The notes: generated from the sequence alone by a model not told the origin. A stretch of 64,000 nucleotides of DNA from Candidatus Marinacidobacterales bacterium (GCA_965224085.1 CBDCYI010000005.1:896001-960000); one strand, 5' to 3'. Shown: positions 16,457 to 27,858, counted from the first letter of the stretch. Translations and numbers: made by a program.

Positions 16457-17652
16457 GACGCCAGACCGAATATTTGCAATACGAGTCTTCGCCGGGAGAT
16501 CCACACCGCCCGAGTGCGACGCCTCTTTACCAAACGGCGACGTTCCGCCTCCAGGATGGCGCCGAGTTCGACTACTCCCGCTCCGGGAACCCGACGCGAT
16601 CGGTCGTCGAGGAGCAGCTTGCGGCCATCGAAAGGGGCACCGCGGGCTTCGCGTTTTCGAGCGGCATGGCAGCCCTCGATGCGGTGTGCTCGCTCGTCTC
16701 CGCCGGCGAAGAGATTGTCGCCTGTGTGGACTTGTATGGTGGTACATACCGGCTGCTATCCCACGTCGTCGCGCGGCGCGGGGTGCGGGTGCGTTTCGTG
16801 AACACGTCGGACGATTCGGTTCTCGTCGAAGCGCTCGAAAGAGCGCCCCGGCTCGTTCTCGTCGAAACGCCCACGAATCCTCTTCAGAGCGTAACCGATC
16901 TGTATCGATTGTCCGAGCTCGCGCGCGCACGTGGAAGCCTCGTTGCTGTCGACAACTCCTTGATGTCAGCCTATCTTCAAACACCGCTTCAATGTGGCGC
17001 GCATCTCGTGATCCACTCAGCGACGAAGTTTCTCAACGGGCATAGCGATGTGACCGCGGGCGCCGTGGTTACGAGCGACGCGGAGCTCGCGGAGAAAGTC
17101 CGCTTTCACCAAAACGCTACAGGGACCGCGCTCGCGCCATTCGAAGCCTGGCTTCTCGCGCGCGGCATGAAGACGCTCGCCCTCCGCCTCGACCGCCAGC
17201 AACGCAATGCCGAAGTGCTAGCTCGCTACCTGAGAGATCATGAAGCGGTGACCCGCGTTCACTATATCGGCCTCCCGGACCACCCCGGACGCGAGACCCA
17301 CAATCGCCAATCGCTCGGCCCCGGAGCCGTCATCGCGGTCGAGACGGGCTCGCTCGAGCGCTCCTTGGCTCTCGTCGAAGAAGCAAAGCTGTTCGACGTT
17401 ACCGTCAGCTTCGGCGGTGTGCGGTCGACGTTGAGCCTTCCCGCGAGGATGTCGCATGCGAGCATTCCCGAAGAAGTCCGCTCGAGGCGGCAATTCCCTG
17501 AAGATCTCATCAGGCTATCGATCGGGATCGAGCACCTCGAAGATCTTCGCGGCGACCTTTCTCGCGCACTCGATCGCGCGCTCGCCGCGTCGGAGCTTTT
17601 GGTTCGAAACGAGAACTCGCGGCTCGTATCCCGTGCTCGTGCACGTCGATAG
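16453..17652 (+). CDS. Cys/Met metabolism PLP enzyme (cystathionine gamma-synthase / beta-lyase)
   Basis: YSRSGNPTR, FSSGMAA, ETPTNP, HSATKFLNGHSD. Confidence 0.92.
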   Translation: MRRQTEYLQYESSPGDPHRPSATPLYQTATFRLQDGAEFDYSRSGNPTRSVVEEQLAAIERGTAGFAFSSGMAALDAVCSLVSAGEEIVACVDLYGGTYRLLSHVVARRGVRVRFVNTSDDSVLVEALERAPRLVLVETPTNPLQSVTDLYRLSELARARGSLVAVDNSLMSAYLQTPLQCGAHLVIHSATKFLNGHSDVTAGAVVTSDAELAEKVRFHQNATGTALAPFEAWLLARGMKTLALRLDRQQRNAEVLARYLRDHEAVTRVHYIGLPDHPGRETHNRQSLGPGAVIAVETGSLERSLALVEEAKLFDVTVSFGGVRSTLSLPARMSHASIPEEVRSRRQFPEDLIRLSIGIEHLEDLRGDLSRALDRALAASELLVRNENSRLVSRARARR

Positions 17653-17677
17653 GCTGCGCCGGTGGGATACTTCCTTG

Positions 17678-18503
17678 TCAGTTCTTCTTCCGGCGTCCAA
17701 AAAGACCTTCCAACGCGTCCCCGGCCGCTTCCGTCACTGCTTTTTTCGCTTCGCGCTTCGCGCCTTGTTTCGCCTGCGCGAGAAGCGCGCCGCTATCCGG
17801 TCGCACCTTGGCGGATTGAAGCATCCCACCAACCGTCATCGGAACAGGCACCCAGCCTTCGTCATCGGCGAGCACGTCGAGCGTTGCGCCTCCGATGCCC
17901 TGAATCTCGAGACCATCCCGCGGCGTCGCGACAGAGAACTCGAGGCCGATGGGTCCTTCGAGACTCACCGTGCCGCTCAGGTCGAGACGCGCGACGTCGC
18001 TCGTGAAACGGAAAGGCGACAAATGGATGACGTTGTTCTCGAGCGTGAAGCTCGCCTCCGTCGCTTCGTAAGCCGCTCCCACGAGTACCGGTTTTCCTAG
18101 TGCTTTGTCGACGCCCGTGAACATATCGATGTTGGGAAACTCTCCGGCGGCCAGCTGCAACCCGCCCGTCGCCTTGACGTCTTTGGTCTCTGCGCCCGAT
18201 CCTTCCGCTTCGAGGCGAACCGTCCCCGGCCCGAATCCCTCGGAAGCTCCCGTCATAGAGTTCAAGTCGAGCGGATCCCCCTGCGCCGACATGGTGTAAG
18301 TGAACGGAACGGGGTTGAAGTCGACTTGCGCATCCGCACCGAAATTTCCATGCGGCGTCCTGAACACAAGCTCCGTCAAATCGAACAGCGCGCGGGCGAG
18401 CTGAAACGTGCTCTTCAAATCGCTCACGGTGATCGTGTCGAGCACGATTTGCGTGATCGTCAGCTCCCCTTCGGCCGAGAGCGCCGCAAGAGATTCTGCA
18501 GTC
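17678..18503 (-). pseudogene. AsmA-family gene, C-terminal half
   Basis: In frame with 48917-49475 across the shared 8-mer GACTGCAG (..FDPTA|ESLAALSAEGE..); beta-rich AsmA-like C-terminus. Confidence 0.8.
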
Positions 18504-19362
18504 GGTACTGAACACGAATTCGAGTCACTCCCCGGTCCGCCCGCACGGGCGGTGCCATTGCTGTCAAATTGAGCTGGTGACTGACAGAATGGTCCAATGA
18601 AGACCGATGCGCCAAGCTACCACGGCTATCGATTTCCACCGGAAATCATCAGCCACGCCGTCTGGCTCTACCACCGATTCTGCGTGAGCTTTCGAAACGT
18701 CGAAGAGCTGCTTGCTCAGCGAGGCATCACGGTTTCCTACGAAGCGATCCGACTTTGGTGCATCAAGTTCGGGCCGGAATACGCTCGGCGACTGAAGCGT
18801 CGGCAGGGTCGCCTTGGTGACACGTGGCACCTGGACGAGGTCTTCATAAAGATACAAGGCGAACGCCAATACCTCTGGCGCGCGGTAGACCAAGATGGTG
18901 ATGTGATTGATATCCTCGTCCAGCCTCGCCGTGATCAGAAAGCCGCCAAACGATTCTTCCGCAAGCTGTTGAAAGGGCAAGGCCGTCCGCCCTGGCAGCT
19001 GGTCACCGACAAACTGAGAAGCTACAGCGCCGCTCACCGCGAGGTCATGCCGTCCGTCGTCCACGACACTGACCAGTACAGAAACAACCTAGCCGAAGTC
19101 TCGCACGAACCGACGCGACAACGGGAACGACAGATGCGGAAGTTTAAAACTCCTTGGCAGGCGCAACGATTCTTGACCGTGCATGGACTCGTGCAAAACC
19201 TCTTTCGCGTCGGACGGCATTTGTTGCAAGCGCATCATCATCGGGAGCTACGAGACCGCGCTTTCATCGTCTGGCAGGAGGTAACCTGTGCCGTCCGATG
19301 AGAGCAAAGGAAATCAGCTCGACGCAATAGGTTCGCTCGCTCAACGTCAACTTGACAATACC
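18504..19362 (+). mobile_element. IS6 family element, copy 1
   Basis: Ends GGTACTG.. and ..TCAACTTGACAATACC; abuts the target 8-mer at 18496-18503. Confidence 0.88.
18597..19301 (+). CDS. IS6 family DDE transposase
   Basis: RFPPEII, WHLDEVF, YLWRAVD, VTDKL, NNLAEVSH. Confidence 0.95.
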   Translation: MKTDAPSYHGYRFPPEIISHAVWLYHRFCVSFRNVEELLAQRGITVSYEAIRLWCIKFGPEYARRLKRRQGRLGDTWHLDEVFIKIQGERQYLWRAVDQDGDVIDILVQPRRDQKAAKRFFRKLLKGQGRPPWQLVTDKLRSYSAAHREVMPSVVHDTDQYRNNLAEVSHEPTRQRERQMRKFKTPWQAQRFLTVHGLVQNLFRVGRHLLQAHHHRELRDRAFIVWQEVTCAVR

Positions 19363-19435
19363 TCGACGAGTCCTCGGAGTGGTGAGCGCCTCCTCGAAAT
19401 GCCACGCGCGTGACCTTCTTGCGTACGGCCGTCGA

Positions 19436-20104
19436 CTATACCAGCGTGCGGAGCCAGTGGCCTATGTCGGCGATCTCCTGCGGCGACACGCTGTGCGGCA
19501 TCGGATAGCTATGCCATTCGACGGCGTAGCCATTTTCCTCGAGGGTCGCGACGGTCCGCTCCGCAAGATGGATAGGCACCACGGCATCTTGTGAGCCGTG
19601 GGCCATGAAGATGGGGACAGCCCGGTTCGCCTCGGAGGCGCGCTCTTTAATAAGGTTGGGAAGAGGGTGGTAGCAGGAGAGCGCAAGGATGCCGCCGAGA
19701 CGCTCTTCGGCCTGGAGTCCCGCATAGAGGACGATGGCGCCGCCTTGGGAGAAACCGGCCACCACGATTTTCTCGCTCGCTATGCCGAGCGCGCGTTCGT
19801 GCGCGATCCATGCCTCGAGCTGTTCTCCGGACTCTTCGAGATGCGCCTCTTCGACATGCCGTTCGAGGTCGAGCGTCTTGATGTCGTACCAGGCGCGCAT
19901 GACCGCACCCCCATTGATGGTCACGGGACGCATCGGCGCGTGCGGGAAAACGAAACGCACGCTGGCAGCCTCCGGAATACGGAGCTCGGGAACGATCGGT
20001 CCGAAGTCATGACCGTCCGCCCCCAGGCCATGCAGCCAAATGACGGAGGCTTTTGGCTCGGAGGACGGGTTCAGTTCGATGGCGGGAAGCAGTTCGGCAG
20101 TCAT
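19436..20104 (-). CDS. Phospholipase/carboxylesterase (alpha/beta hydrolase)
   Basis: WLHGLGAD, GFSQGG, HGSQD, MPHSV; ATG overlaps the upstream stop. Confidence 0.9.
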   Translation of the reverse strand: MTAELLPAIELNPSSEPKASVIWLHGLGADGHDFGPIVPELRIPEAASVRFVFPHAPMRPVTINGGAVMRAWYDIKTLDLERHVEEAHLEESGEQLEAWIAHERALGIASEKIVVAGFSQGGAIVLYAGLQAEERLGGILALSCYHPLPNLIKERASEANRAVPIFMAHGSQDAVVPIHLAERTVATLEENGYAVEWHSYPMPHSVSPQEIADIGHWLRTLV

Positions 20105-23100
20105 CGTTTCAGGAAATCCTCTTTCAGAACGTCGCGAAGGCGGTCGAGAAACTGGTCGGCGTTTGCTTTGGTGAAGACGAGAGGCGGCTTGAGCTTGATG
20201 ACGTTTTCGAGAGGCCCGTCGGTGCTGTTGAGAACCCCGCCGTCTTTCATGCGGTTGACGAGATAGGTCGCCTCTTCCGCCGCCGGCTCGAGCGTCTCTC
20301 GGCTGCGCACGAGCTCGAACCCGAGAAAGAGCCCTCGCCCCCGCACGTCCCCGATGATGGGGTGCTCGGCTTGCAGTTCGCGCAAACCGTTCAAGAGGCG
20401 TTCGCCGAGCACATGCGCGTTCGCCTGCAGCTTTTCTTCCTCGATCACGTCGAGCACCGACAGTCCGATCGCACACGAGACCGGATTGCCGCCAAACGTG
20501 TTGAAATATTCCATCCCGGTATGGAAAGACTCCGCGATCGCGCGGGTTGTAACGACGGCGGCCAACGGGTGGCCGTTCCCGATGGGCTTTCCCATGGTGA
20601 CGATATCGGGCACCGCGTGCTGGGTCTCGAACGCCCAGAAATGCGAGCCGACGCGTCCGAAACCCACTTGAACTTCGTCCGCGATAGAGACGCCGCCCGC
20701 TTCGCGGACGAGCCCGTAGAGCCCTTTCAGATAATCGGGAGGCAAAACGATTTGGCCGCCGCAGCTCAAGATCGACTCGGCGATGAGAGCGCCCACGGGC
20801 CGTCCATCTTTTGCAAGACGTTCGATCAAAGCGCGCGCGTCGTGTAGATAGCGTTCTCCGAATTCGGGATCCGAAGCGCGATGCTGGCCGCGGTATCCGT
20901 CCGGCATGGCGAGCTTGTGCACGTGCCGCGGCGCGCCGCGGCCGCCGCGGCCATCGAACTTGTACGGGCTCATCTCGATGAGTGATGTCAGGTTCCCATG
21001 ATAGGCGCCGTCGAGTACGAGCGTGTCCTTGCGGCCGGAATGCGTACTGGCCAGGCGCAGCGCGAGATCGTTGGCCTCGCTCCCCGAGTTCACGAAGAAG
21101 CAAACTTCGAGGGGAGCGGGGAGCTTAGCCGTCAAGCGCTCGGCATAGTCCACGATGTTGGGATGGAGATAGCGCGTGTTCGTGTTCAAGACGGCGATTT
21201 GATTTTGGGCCGCGCGGACGACGCGCGGATGGCAGTGGCCCACATGGCAGACGTTGTTGACCATGTCCAGATAAGGACGGGCCTCCCTGTCGTAGAGAAA
21301 GACGCGGTGGCCGCGAACGATAGAGAGCGGTTCGCGATAGGACAGACTGAGCGTCCCGGATAGATGTTGTCGCCTTGTTGCGCGGATGGCCTCTTTCGTC
21401 ATCCGCGGATCTTGTGGCGCCGATTCGGCAAGCCCGAGCACGTCGCGCGGATTCGGAGACAGCGCGAGCCATAGCGTTCTCTCGGACGGTTTAGCCACGC
21501 CGGGGAAGTCACCTTTGCGGTCGAGCAAGTCGAGGATAATTTGAAAGTGAAGATGCGGCGGCCAATTGCCGTTTTTCGGGTAGCTTCCGACCACGGCGAA
21601 GACTTCGCCGCGGTCGATGGACTTAGAGCACTCGAGTGCGGAAAGCGAGTCTTCCGAGAGATGGCCGTAGAGCGTCCAGAATCTCTCGCCTTCGTCCGTC
21701 TCGTGCTCGAGGATGATTGTGGGGCCGTAATCGAGCGGTGCGTCGTTCACTTGGAAACTGTGCACGCGGCCCGCGAACGGGGCCGCGAGGCTCGTGCCCG
21801 CTTCGACGAACAAATCGATGCCGATGTGGATCGTGCGCGGCTCGAACCCTTCTCCGAGGCCCGGCCAGAATGCCTCGCTCGTGTAGAGAGCGCGCGCCTC
21901 GTCGTAGCGTCCGATCCCGACGCACGCGCCAGCGTCTCGCATCGCGGTGAAGACGTGTCCGGTGAAGCGCTCGACGTCGTCGAGCACGTCGAGACCGCCA
22001 AGCTCCGTGCTCGAAACACTCAAGTCGAGCTCGTGCCCCCCCCCATCCATCAACGCATCCGGGAGGACGCGCGCGGCGTCCTCGGCGTGCGCGTCGAGCC
22101 AATCCACGACCGCGTGGGCGTGCGGGAGAGGTGCGAGCCCGCACGCGTCGCGAAAGCGGTAGTGAGCAAGCCTCGGGCATATCGACTTTAGCTTCTCGAT
22201 CATCTGCCACGCCGCGCGCTCGCTCACCCTCAGATAGTCTTTGTCGGGCTCGTCCTTCGCTTGGCGTGCCGCGTTCGCGACGCTCATCGCGAGGCGGGTA
22301 CAGATGAGAGGGAAGACGAGCTCGAGCTCGGTAGCACAGAGCGGCCGTGCCTCGTTATAGCCCGCGACGACATGGGACGCGACTTTGACCGGGTCGTCTT
22401 TGTCGAGTATGCAATAGGCGGCCGTGTTCGCCACTTCGAAGACAAGTGCGCTCGAGACCATGTCGCCGAAATCGAGAATTCCAGCCATCTCGCCATCGCG
22501 CACGAGAATGTTGTGGTCGTTCCCATCGTTGTGGATGACGCCTTTCGGGAGTGTTTTGAGCCTCGGCGCAACCTCCTCTTCGAAGCTCCGGAGATAGTAC
22601 TCGACGAGTCCGCGCTTGTGTTTGTCTTTCTTAGTGCCTGGCTTAGTGCCCGCGATATATTCGAGCCCTTCTCGGATGGTGGCTGCGGCGTGTTTCGAGT
22701 CCCAATACAGATAGCGATCCTGCGCGTCATGAGAGAAGCCTTCGAGCGCCTTATCGAGGCGGCCCATGAAGCGTCCCACACCGCGGAGGAGTGCTTCGCG
22801 ATGAGGTCTCGTATCCGCAAGCGGTTTTCCCGGGATAAAATTCAGGAGCCGGCACATGTGGCCGCCTTCGATCGTCTCGATAAGACAGCCCGAGAGTGCG
22901 GTGCGGATCCGGGGGATCGACAGCTCTGGGTCTTTTTGCGCGATGTGGGTGAGCGCTTGATTCTGAAATTCCAGGATCGCGTGCTCTTCGCCGAGGTTCG
23001 CGACTTTCAACACGTGCTTTCCCGTCGAGGTCTCGGCGAGAAAGTTCTGGTCGCGCTCGCTCGCGAGCTCCTCGATCTCTCTCGCTTCGACCCCGTAGAC

Positions 23101-23163
23101 CGCTTTCAGAACGGTCCGCGCTCGGTCGAAGCCGAGCCGCGGCCGCGTCGTGTTCAACATCAT
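20101..23163 (-). CDS. Phosphotransferase + M23-like + class III aminotransferase fusion (hydroxylysine kinase / phospho-lyase type)
   Basis: IHNDGNDHN and DFGD; HIGID and PHLHFQ; DEVQVGFGR and GKPIGNG. Confidence 0.88.
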   Translation of the reverse strand: MMLNTTRPRLGFDRARTVLKAVYGVEAREIEELASERDQNFLAETSTGKHVLKVANLGEEHAILEFQNQALTHIAQKDPELSIPRIRTALSGCLIETIEGGHMCRLLNFIPGKPLADTRPHREALLRGVGRFMGRLDKALEGFSHDAQDRYLYWDSKHAAATIREGLEYIAGTKPGTKKDKHKRGLVEYYLRSFEEEVAPRLKTLPKGVIHNDGNDHNILVRDGEMAGILDFGDMVSSALVFEVANTAAYCILDKDDPVKVASHVVAGYNEARPLCATELELVFPLICTRLAMSVANAARQAKDEPDKDYLRVSERAAWQMIEKLKSICPRLAHYRFRDACGLAPLPHAHAVVDWLDAHAEDAARVLPDALMDGGGHELDLSVSSTELGGLDVLDDVERFTGHVFTAMRDAGACVGIGRYDEARALYTSEAFWPGLGEGFEPRTIHIGIDLFVEAGTSLAAPFAGRVHSFQVNDAPLDYGPTIILEHETDEGERFWTLYGHLSEDSLSALECSKSIDRGEVFAVVGSYPKNGNWPPHLHFQIILDLLDRKGDFPGVAKPSERTLWLALSPNPRDVLGLAESAPQDPRMTKEAIRATRRQHLSGTLSLSYREPLSIVRGHRVFLYDREARPYLDMVNNVCHVGHCHPRVVRAAQNQIAVLNTNTRYLHPNIVDYAERLTAKLPAPLEVCFFVNSGSEANDLALRLASTHSGRKDTLVLDGAYHGNLTSLIEMSPYKFDGRGGRGAPRHVHKLAMPDGYRGQHRASDPEFGERYLHDARALIERLAKDGRPVGALIAESILSCGGQIVLPPDYLKGLYGLVREAGGVSIADEVQVGFGRVGSHFWAFETQHAVPDIVTMGKPIGNGHPLAAVVTTRAIAESFHTGMEYFNTFGGNPVSCAIGLSVLDVIEEEKLQANAHVLGERLLNGLRELQAEHPIIGDVRGRGLFLGFELVRSRETLEPAAEEATYLVNRMKDGGVLNSTDGPLENVIKLKPPLVFTKANADQFLDRLRDVLKEDFLKR

Positions 23164-24557
23164 TTCATCAGCATCTTCAGCCAGCGGAGCTTGCCTCCAT
23201 ACGGCGGGTAGCGGATGGGTGGATCGAAGAGCGTGCTGCCTTCGACGACCGATTTCTTGTGCGAGAAAGTCTCGAAGCCGTAGCGGCCGTGATAGCTTCC
23301 GCTGCCGCTGCCGCCCCGGCCGCCAAAGGGTAGGGCCGGATTCGAGAACTGGATCAACGCATCGTTGATGGCGCCGCCTCCAAACGGAATCTCCTGCATC
23401 ACGCGCTCTTGACGCTTGCGGTCTTTCGAAAAGAAGTAGAGCGCGAGAGGATTGGGGTGGCGCAGCGTCGTCTCGATCGCTTCGTCGAGGTTTCGATAGG
23501 TGAGCACTGGTAGGATGGGGCCAAAGATCTCCTCATCGAGAGATCTAGCACCTTCCGGGATCTCCGCGAGGATCGTGGGTGCGATGTAGCGTTCGTCGCG
23601 TTCCGTCTCGCCCCCAGTGACGATGCGACCGTCTTCTAGATAGCCCGAAAGCCTATCGAAGTGGCGGTGGTTGACGATACGCGCGAAGTCGGGGCTCGTT
23701 CTCGGATCGTCCCCAAAAAATCGTCGGACGTTCTTCTTCATCAGAGACAGAAAATCCTCGGCCAACGTCTCCGGCACGAGCAAGTAGTCGGGCGCGATGC
23801 AGGTTTGCCCCGCATTCAGAAACTTGCCCCAGGTCAGTCGGCGCGCGGCGACTTCGAGATCGACTTTCTCGTCGACGATGGCCGGACTCTTACCGCCCAG
23901 CTCTAGGGTAGCAGGAGTGAGATGCTTGGCGGCGGCGGTAGCGACGATACGTCCGGCCTCCATTCCTCCCGTGAAGAAGATGTGATCGAAACGCTCGGCG
24001 AGGAGCGCCTCAGCGATCTTGGCGTCGCCAACTACCGTGCTCGCGATCTCCGCGGGAAAATAGCTCGCCGCGAGCTCCGCCAGGAGCTCCGATGTGTGGA
24101 CTGCAGTCTCGGACGGTTTCAAGAGCGCGCAGTTTCCGGCGGCGAGGGCGGCGGCGAGAGGCGCCATCACGAGCTGGAAGGGGTAGTTCCATGGAGCGAT
24201 GATGAGCACGAGTCCCAAGGGCTCGTGACGGATGAAACTCTTCGACGGAAAAAACGTGAGCGGCGTTTTGACCCGCTCGGGCTCCATCCACGTCTCGAGA
24301 TGCTCGAGTGCGTGCGAGCACTCGGCGATGACGAAACCGGTCTCCGAGGCGAAGGCTTCGAACGCGGGCTTTCCCAAATCCGCAGCGAGTGCTTCGTGAA
24401 TCCGTCCCTCGTGATCACGCACGAGAGCGCGGAGGTTTCGCAGCTGTTGCCGCCGGAACGCGTAGGGGCGTGTCGCGCCAGAGCGAAAGAAACGCCGCTG
24501 CTGGTCGAGGACCGCCGCGATGTCGAGCTCGGTGTGTTGGTTTTGGCTCGCGTTCAC
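23160..24557 (-). CDS. Aldehyde dehydrogenase (ALDH3-like)
   Basis: PWNYP, LELGGKSP, NAGQTCIAPDY, EEIFGP. Confidence 0.93.
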   Translation of the reverse strand: MNASQNQHTELDIAAVLDQQRRFFRSGATRPYAFRRQQLRNLRALVRDHEGRIHEALAADLGKPAFEAFASETGFVIAECSHALEHLETWMEPERVKTPLTFFPSKSFIRHEPLGLVLIIAPWNYPFQLVMAPLAAALAAGNCALLKPSETAVHTSELLAELAASYFPAEIASTVVGDAKIAEALLAERFDHIFFTGGMEAGRIVATAAAKHLTPATLELGGKSPAIVDEKVDLEVAARRLTWGKFLNAGQTCIAPDYLLVPETLAEDFLSLMKKNVRRFFGDDPRTSPDFARIVNHRHFDRLSGYLEDGRIVTGGETERDERYIAPTILAEIPEGARSLDEEIFGPILPVLTYRNLDEAIETTLRHPNPLALYFFSKDRKRQERVMQEIPFGGGAINDALIQFSNPALPFGGRGGSGSGSYHGRYGFETFSHKKSVVEGSTLFDPPIRYPPYGGKLRWLKMLMK

Positions 24558-24569
24558 AATGCGAGCATG

Positions 24570-25310
24570 TTACTCGATCTCGAGTTCGGCAATCAGTGGA
24601 AGGTGATCGGAAGCGCGGCGCGCCAGTCGAAGCCGCGCCCGGTAGACATGGCTCAGACGCACGTCGCCGCGTACGTAGATGGCGTCGAGCGCTCGCACGG
24701 GACCCCAGGCGGGAAACGTCTTTATCGGCGGACCGACGCCGCCGAAACCGGAGGGCTCCAAGAGCTTTCTTCCGAGCGTGCCCCACACATCGTTGAAGTC
24801 TCCCGCAACCACGATCGGCGTTCGATGATGAAGCCCGACGAACGGATGACTCTCGAGAAACTTACGAAGCTGGATCTTTCGTTCGATTCCGGAAAGTCCA
24901 AGGTGGAGGTTGTAGACGTGCAATGTACGCATGTGACGCCCGAGCGAGCCGTTGAGGCGCACCCGATAGCGCGCGTGAAGAACGCTGCGCCGTTTTTTGG
25001 GTGGCACGGTGACGTCGATGTTGGACGTCTCCGTCAGCGGGAACCGGCTCAAGATGGCGTTCCCGTAAGCGCCGCCGCTCCTTATTTTCACGTTCGGAAA
25101 ATAGGTGCGGTGTCGAAGGCCCAAGAAGTCGCCCAGTAGATCGACTTGGCGATCGGCGTTCGACCTGCGGGCGTGCTGGTCGACCTCCTGCAACATGACG
25201 AGGTCTGGATCGTATCGAGCGATAACGTTGGCGACGCGCAACGGATCGTAGAGCCGGTCGACGCCGCCGATGCACTTGTGGATGTTGTAGCTAAGGATCT
25301 TGAAGCGCAC
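24570..25310 (-). CDS. Endonuclease/exonuclease/phosphatase family protein
   Basis: SYNIH, LQEVD, GDFND, SDHLP. Confidence 0.9.
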   Translation of the reverse strand: MRFKILSYNIHKCIGGVDRLYDPLRVANVIARYDPDLVMLQEVDQHARRSNADRQVDLLGDFLGLRHRTYFPNVKIRSGGAYGNAILSRFPLTETSNIDVTVPPKKRRSVLHARYRVRLNGSLGRHMRTLHVYNLHLGLSGIERKIQLRKFLESHPFVGLHHRTPIVVAGDFNDVWGTLGRKLLEPSGFGGVGPPIKTFPAWGPVRALDAIYVRGDVRLSHVYRARLRLARRASDHLPLIAELEIE

Positions 25311-25474
25311 GTTAGTTCTGAAAAGCGATCAGTTAACAAATGATACCACGCCGATCGTCGAGAACGACGATTTCGAGAGTTAAAAGCGTCGGCCGAGTCT
25401 GCTATGATGCTGGCGCAGCGAGGTTTTGAGGGGCCTTCCTCGTTCCTCGAGCGAAGCCGTGCGGGCGTACGAAT

Positions 25475-25747
25475 ATGACGCGAAGCGGAAACAGGGGAGG
25501 GCTATCCCTAGCGGATCCGATTGTCGTCACGACACAAGATCCACGAAGTCATCGGTTCACTTTGAGCGGCCCTGCCGGTGATGGCCTCTTGCTCATCGAG
25601 GGTGGCCGCATCGTGCACGTGACCTATGGTGAGCTTCCGCCGCTCGATGCCGCGCACGTTCTTGTGACCGAGCAGAGCGTAGACTTTGAGCTCGAAGCCG
25701 ACGCCGAGATCGCTGGCCACACGACGTCGGTGCCCAGGAGCTTCTGA
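25475..25747 (+). pseudogene. Probable DUF4388-like domain remnant
   Basis: GLLLIEGGRIVHVTYG resembles DUF4388/PATAN; short and truncated. Confidence 0.4.
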
Positions 25748-25895
25748 TGGAAGCGATGCGGCGGCTCGACGAAGGACTTTTGAAGCGTCTTGTTCCAATA
25801 AAGTGATGACCGACGTCACAATGAGGCGCGTGGGTTTTGGCTTTCGCGGGAGCGTCTGAGCAGCGCGGCGCGGCCGATCCTGGAGGAGGCACCGA

Positions 25896-27511
25896 GTGTT
25901 AGCGTTTGGATCCGGGGACCCGAGGAGCGCACCGAGAACGGAACGGGCGCGCGGTCGTGCGACGCTTCTCGAGCCGACAGTACCAGGAGGGAAACGGGTG
26001 GCGCGGCTTCCCGGGCGCTCTGTGCTCGACGGGATCGACACACTTCGAAACGCGACGTGGAGCTTCGAAGATTTCGGGCTCGACGCCGTCGCGCGCGAGC
26101 TTCTCGGGCGGGGGAAGCTCATCGAGGAGGGAACCTCGAATCGGATCGAGGAGATCAAGCGTCTCTTCCGCGAGGCCCTTGGGATCTGTTGCGCTACAAC
26201 CTCGAAGATTGTCGTCTTGTGGAGGCCATCTTCGAGAAAACACACCTCATCGATTTCTCCCTCGAGCGCGCGGAGCTCACCGGGCTCGCACTCGATCGGG
26301 TCGGGGGATCGGTAGCCGCCTTCGACAGCTTGTATCTGCCGCGCCTCCATCGTCGAGGCCGGGTGGCGCGAGACATCGAGGAGCGCTCGCTCGACGACCT
26401 CAGCCCGGGCGGCTACGTCATGGATTCCGAGCCGGGTCTGTTCCGAAACGTGATCGTGCTTGATTTCAAGAGTCTCTACCCAAGCATCATTCGAACCTTT
26501 CTCGTCGACCCACTCGGCCTTGCCGAAGCCGGGGAGGACAGCGTTCCAGGTTTCAAAGGCGGGAAGTTCTCACGCGACACGCACATCCTTCCCGGAATCA
26601 TCGAACGTCTTTGGAATGCGCGCGACAAGGCCAAACGGGCAGGCCACAAAGCGACGTCGCGCGCGATCAAGATCATCATGAACTCCTTTTACGGCGTTCT
26701 CGGAACGCCCGCTTGCCGTTTCTTCGAGCCGCGCCTCGCCTCGAGCATCACGCTGCGCGGGCACGAGATCATCACGAAGAGCCGTGCGTTCATCGAGTCG
26801 GAGGGCTATCGGGTCATCTATGGCGACACCGATTCGCTGTTCGTGCTGCTCGATGAAGCGAAGAACGAAGAGCGTTGCCTCGTGCTCGGGAGAGAGCTCG
26901 CGAAGCAGCTGAACACGTTCTGGAGTCAGAGACTGCAAGAAGAGCACCGACTCGACTCGCATCTCGAAGTCGAGCTCGAAACGCACTATTTGCGTTTTTT
27001 CATGCCGGCTATCCGAGGCTCGGAGCTAGGCAGTAAGAAACGCTACGCGGGGCTCGTGCGCTGTGGCGACGAGATAGGCCTCACGTTCACTGGACTCGAA
27101 GCGGTACGCTCGGATTGGACGCCCCTCGCGCGCGAGTTTCAACGTGAGCTCTACCGTCGGGTCTTCCACGACGAGGTTTTTGAAGACTACGTGAAGCAGA
27201 CGGCGGACGATTTGTTCTCGGGCAAGCGCGATGGAGACCTCGTCTACCGGAAGCGGCTTCGGCGCAAGCTCGAAGACTATACGAAGAACGTGCCGCCCCA
27301 TGCGCGCGCGGCGCAGAAATCGAAACGCTCGCGCAGATGGGTAAGATACGTCATCACCACGAATGGACCAGAACCGCTCGACAACAACCCGTCGCCTCTC
27401 GACTATCAACGCTATCTCGACCGTCAGCTCGCGCCAGCCGCCGACGCCTTGTTGCTGGTGAAAGGCACTTCCGTGAGTAAAATCTTGGACAAGCAGTTGA
27501 GTCTTTTTTGA
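25896..27511 (+). pseudogene. polB: DNA polymerase II, 5'-truncated and frameshifted near 26175
   Basis: DFKSLYPSII, KIIMNSFYG, YGDTDS, KKRYAG; upstream GRSVLDGID region lies in another frame; N-terminal part absent. Confidence 0.85.
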
Positions 27512-27858
27512 TGACGCGCACTCGGTGGGCCTTCGGGATCACGGTTTTCGTCATGGCGGTCTTCTTCGTAGACTTCTGCGCTTTGGTCTTTCAATGCGGC
27601 TGCCGATCGCTCTGGAACGGAATCTCTACTTATTGCAACATCCACGCGGCTAGCGCGCCGCATTGTCCGTGGTGCGAGCGTCCTCTCGCGGGAGGCGGCG
27701 TCGCCTTCGGCTCGGCTCTCCTGGCTCAGTGCGCAGCTTTCTTCTTACCCAAGAACGTAAGCTTCGGGAAACGATGGCTGCTCGCGGTGATCGCGTTTCC
27801 CCTGGCCGCCGCTATCGTCGCGCTTGCGCAAGGGCTCGTCTGGGGGTATTGGCGGTAG
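27511..27858 (+). CDS. Small Cys-rich membrane protein
   Basis: Three TM segments; C-x5-CGC..CNIH..HCPWC; start overlaps the polB stop. Confidence 0.7.
   Translation: MTRTRWAFGITVFVMAVFFVDFCALVFQCGCRSLWNGISTYCNIHAASAPHCPWCERPLAGGGVAFGSALLAQCAAFFLPKNVSFGKRWLLAVIAFPLAAAIVALAQGLVWGYWR

Noticed and set aside
19363-19370. Second target duplication for the other IS6 end pair
   Set aside because: The expected CTCGTCGA is not found after the copy 2 left end (GTGCCGAG at 52015); probably lost by adjacent deletion
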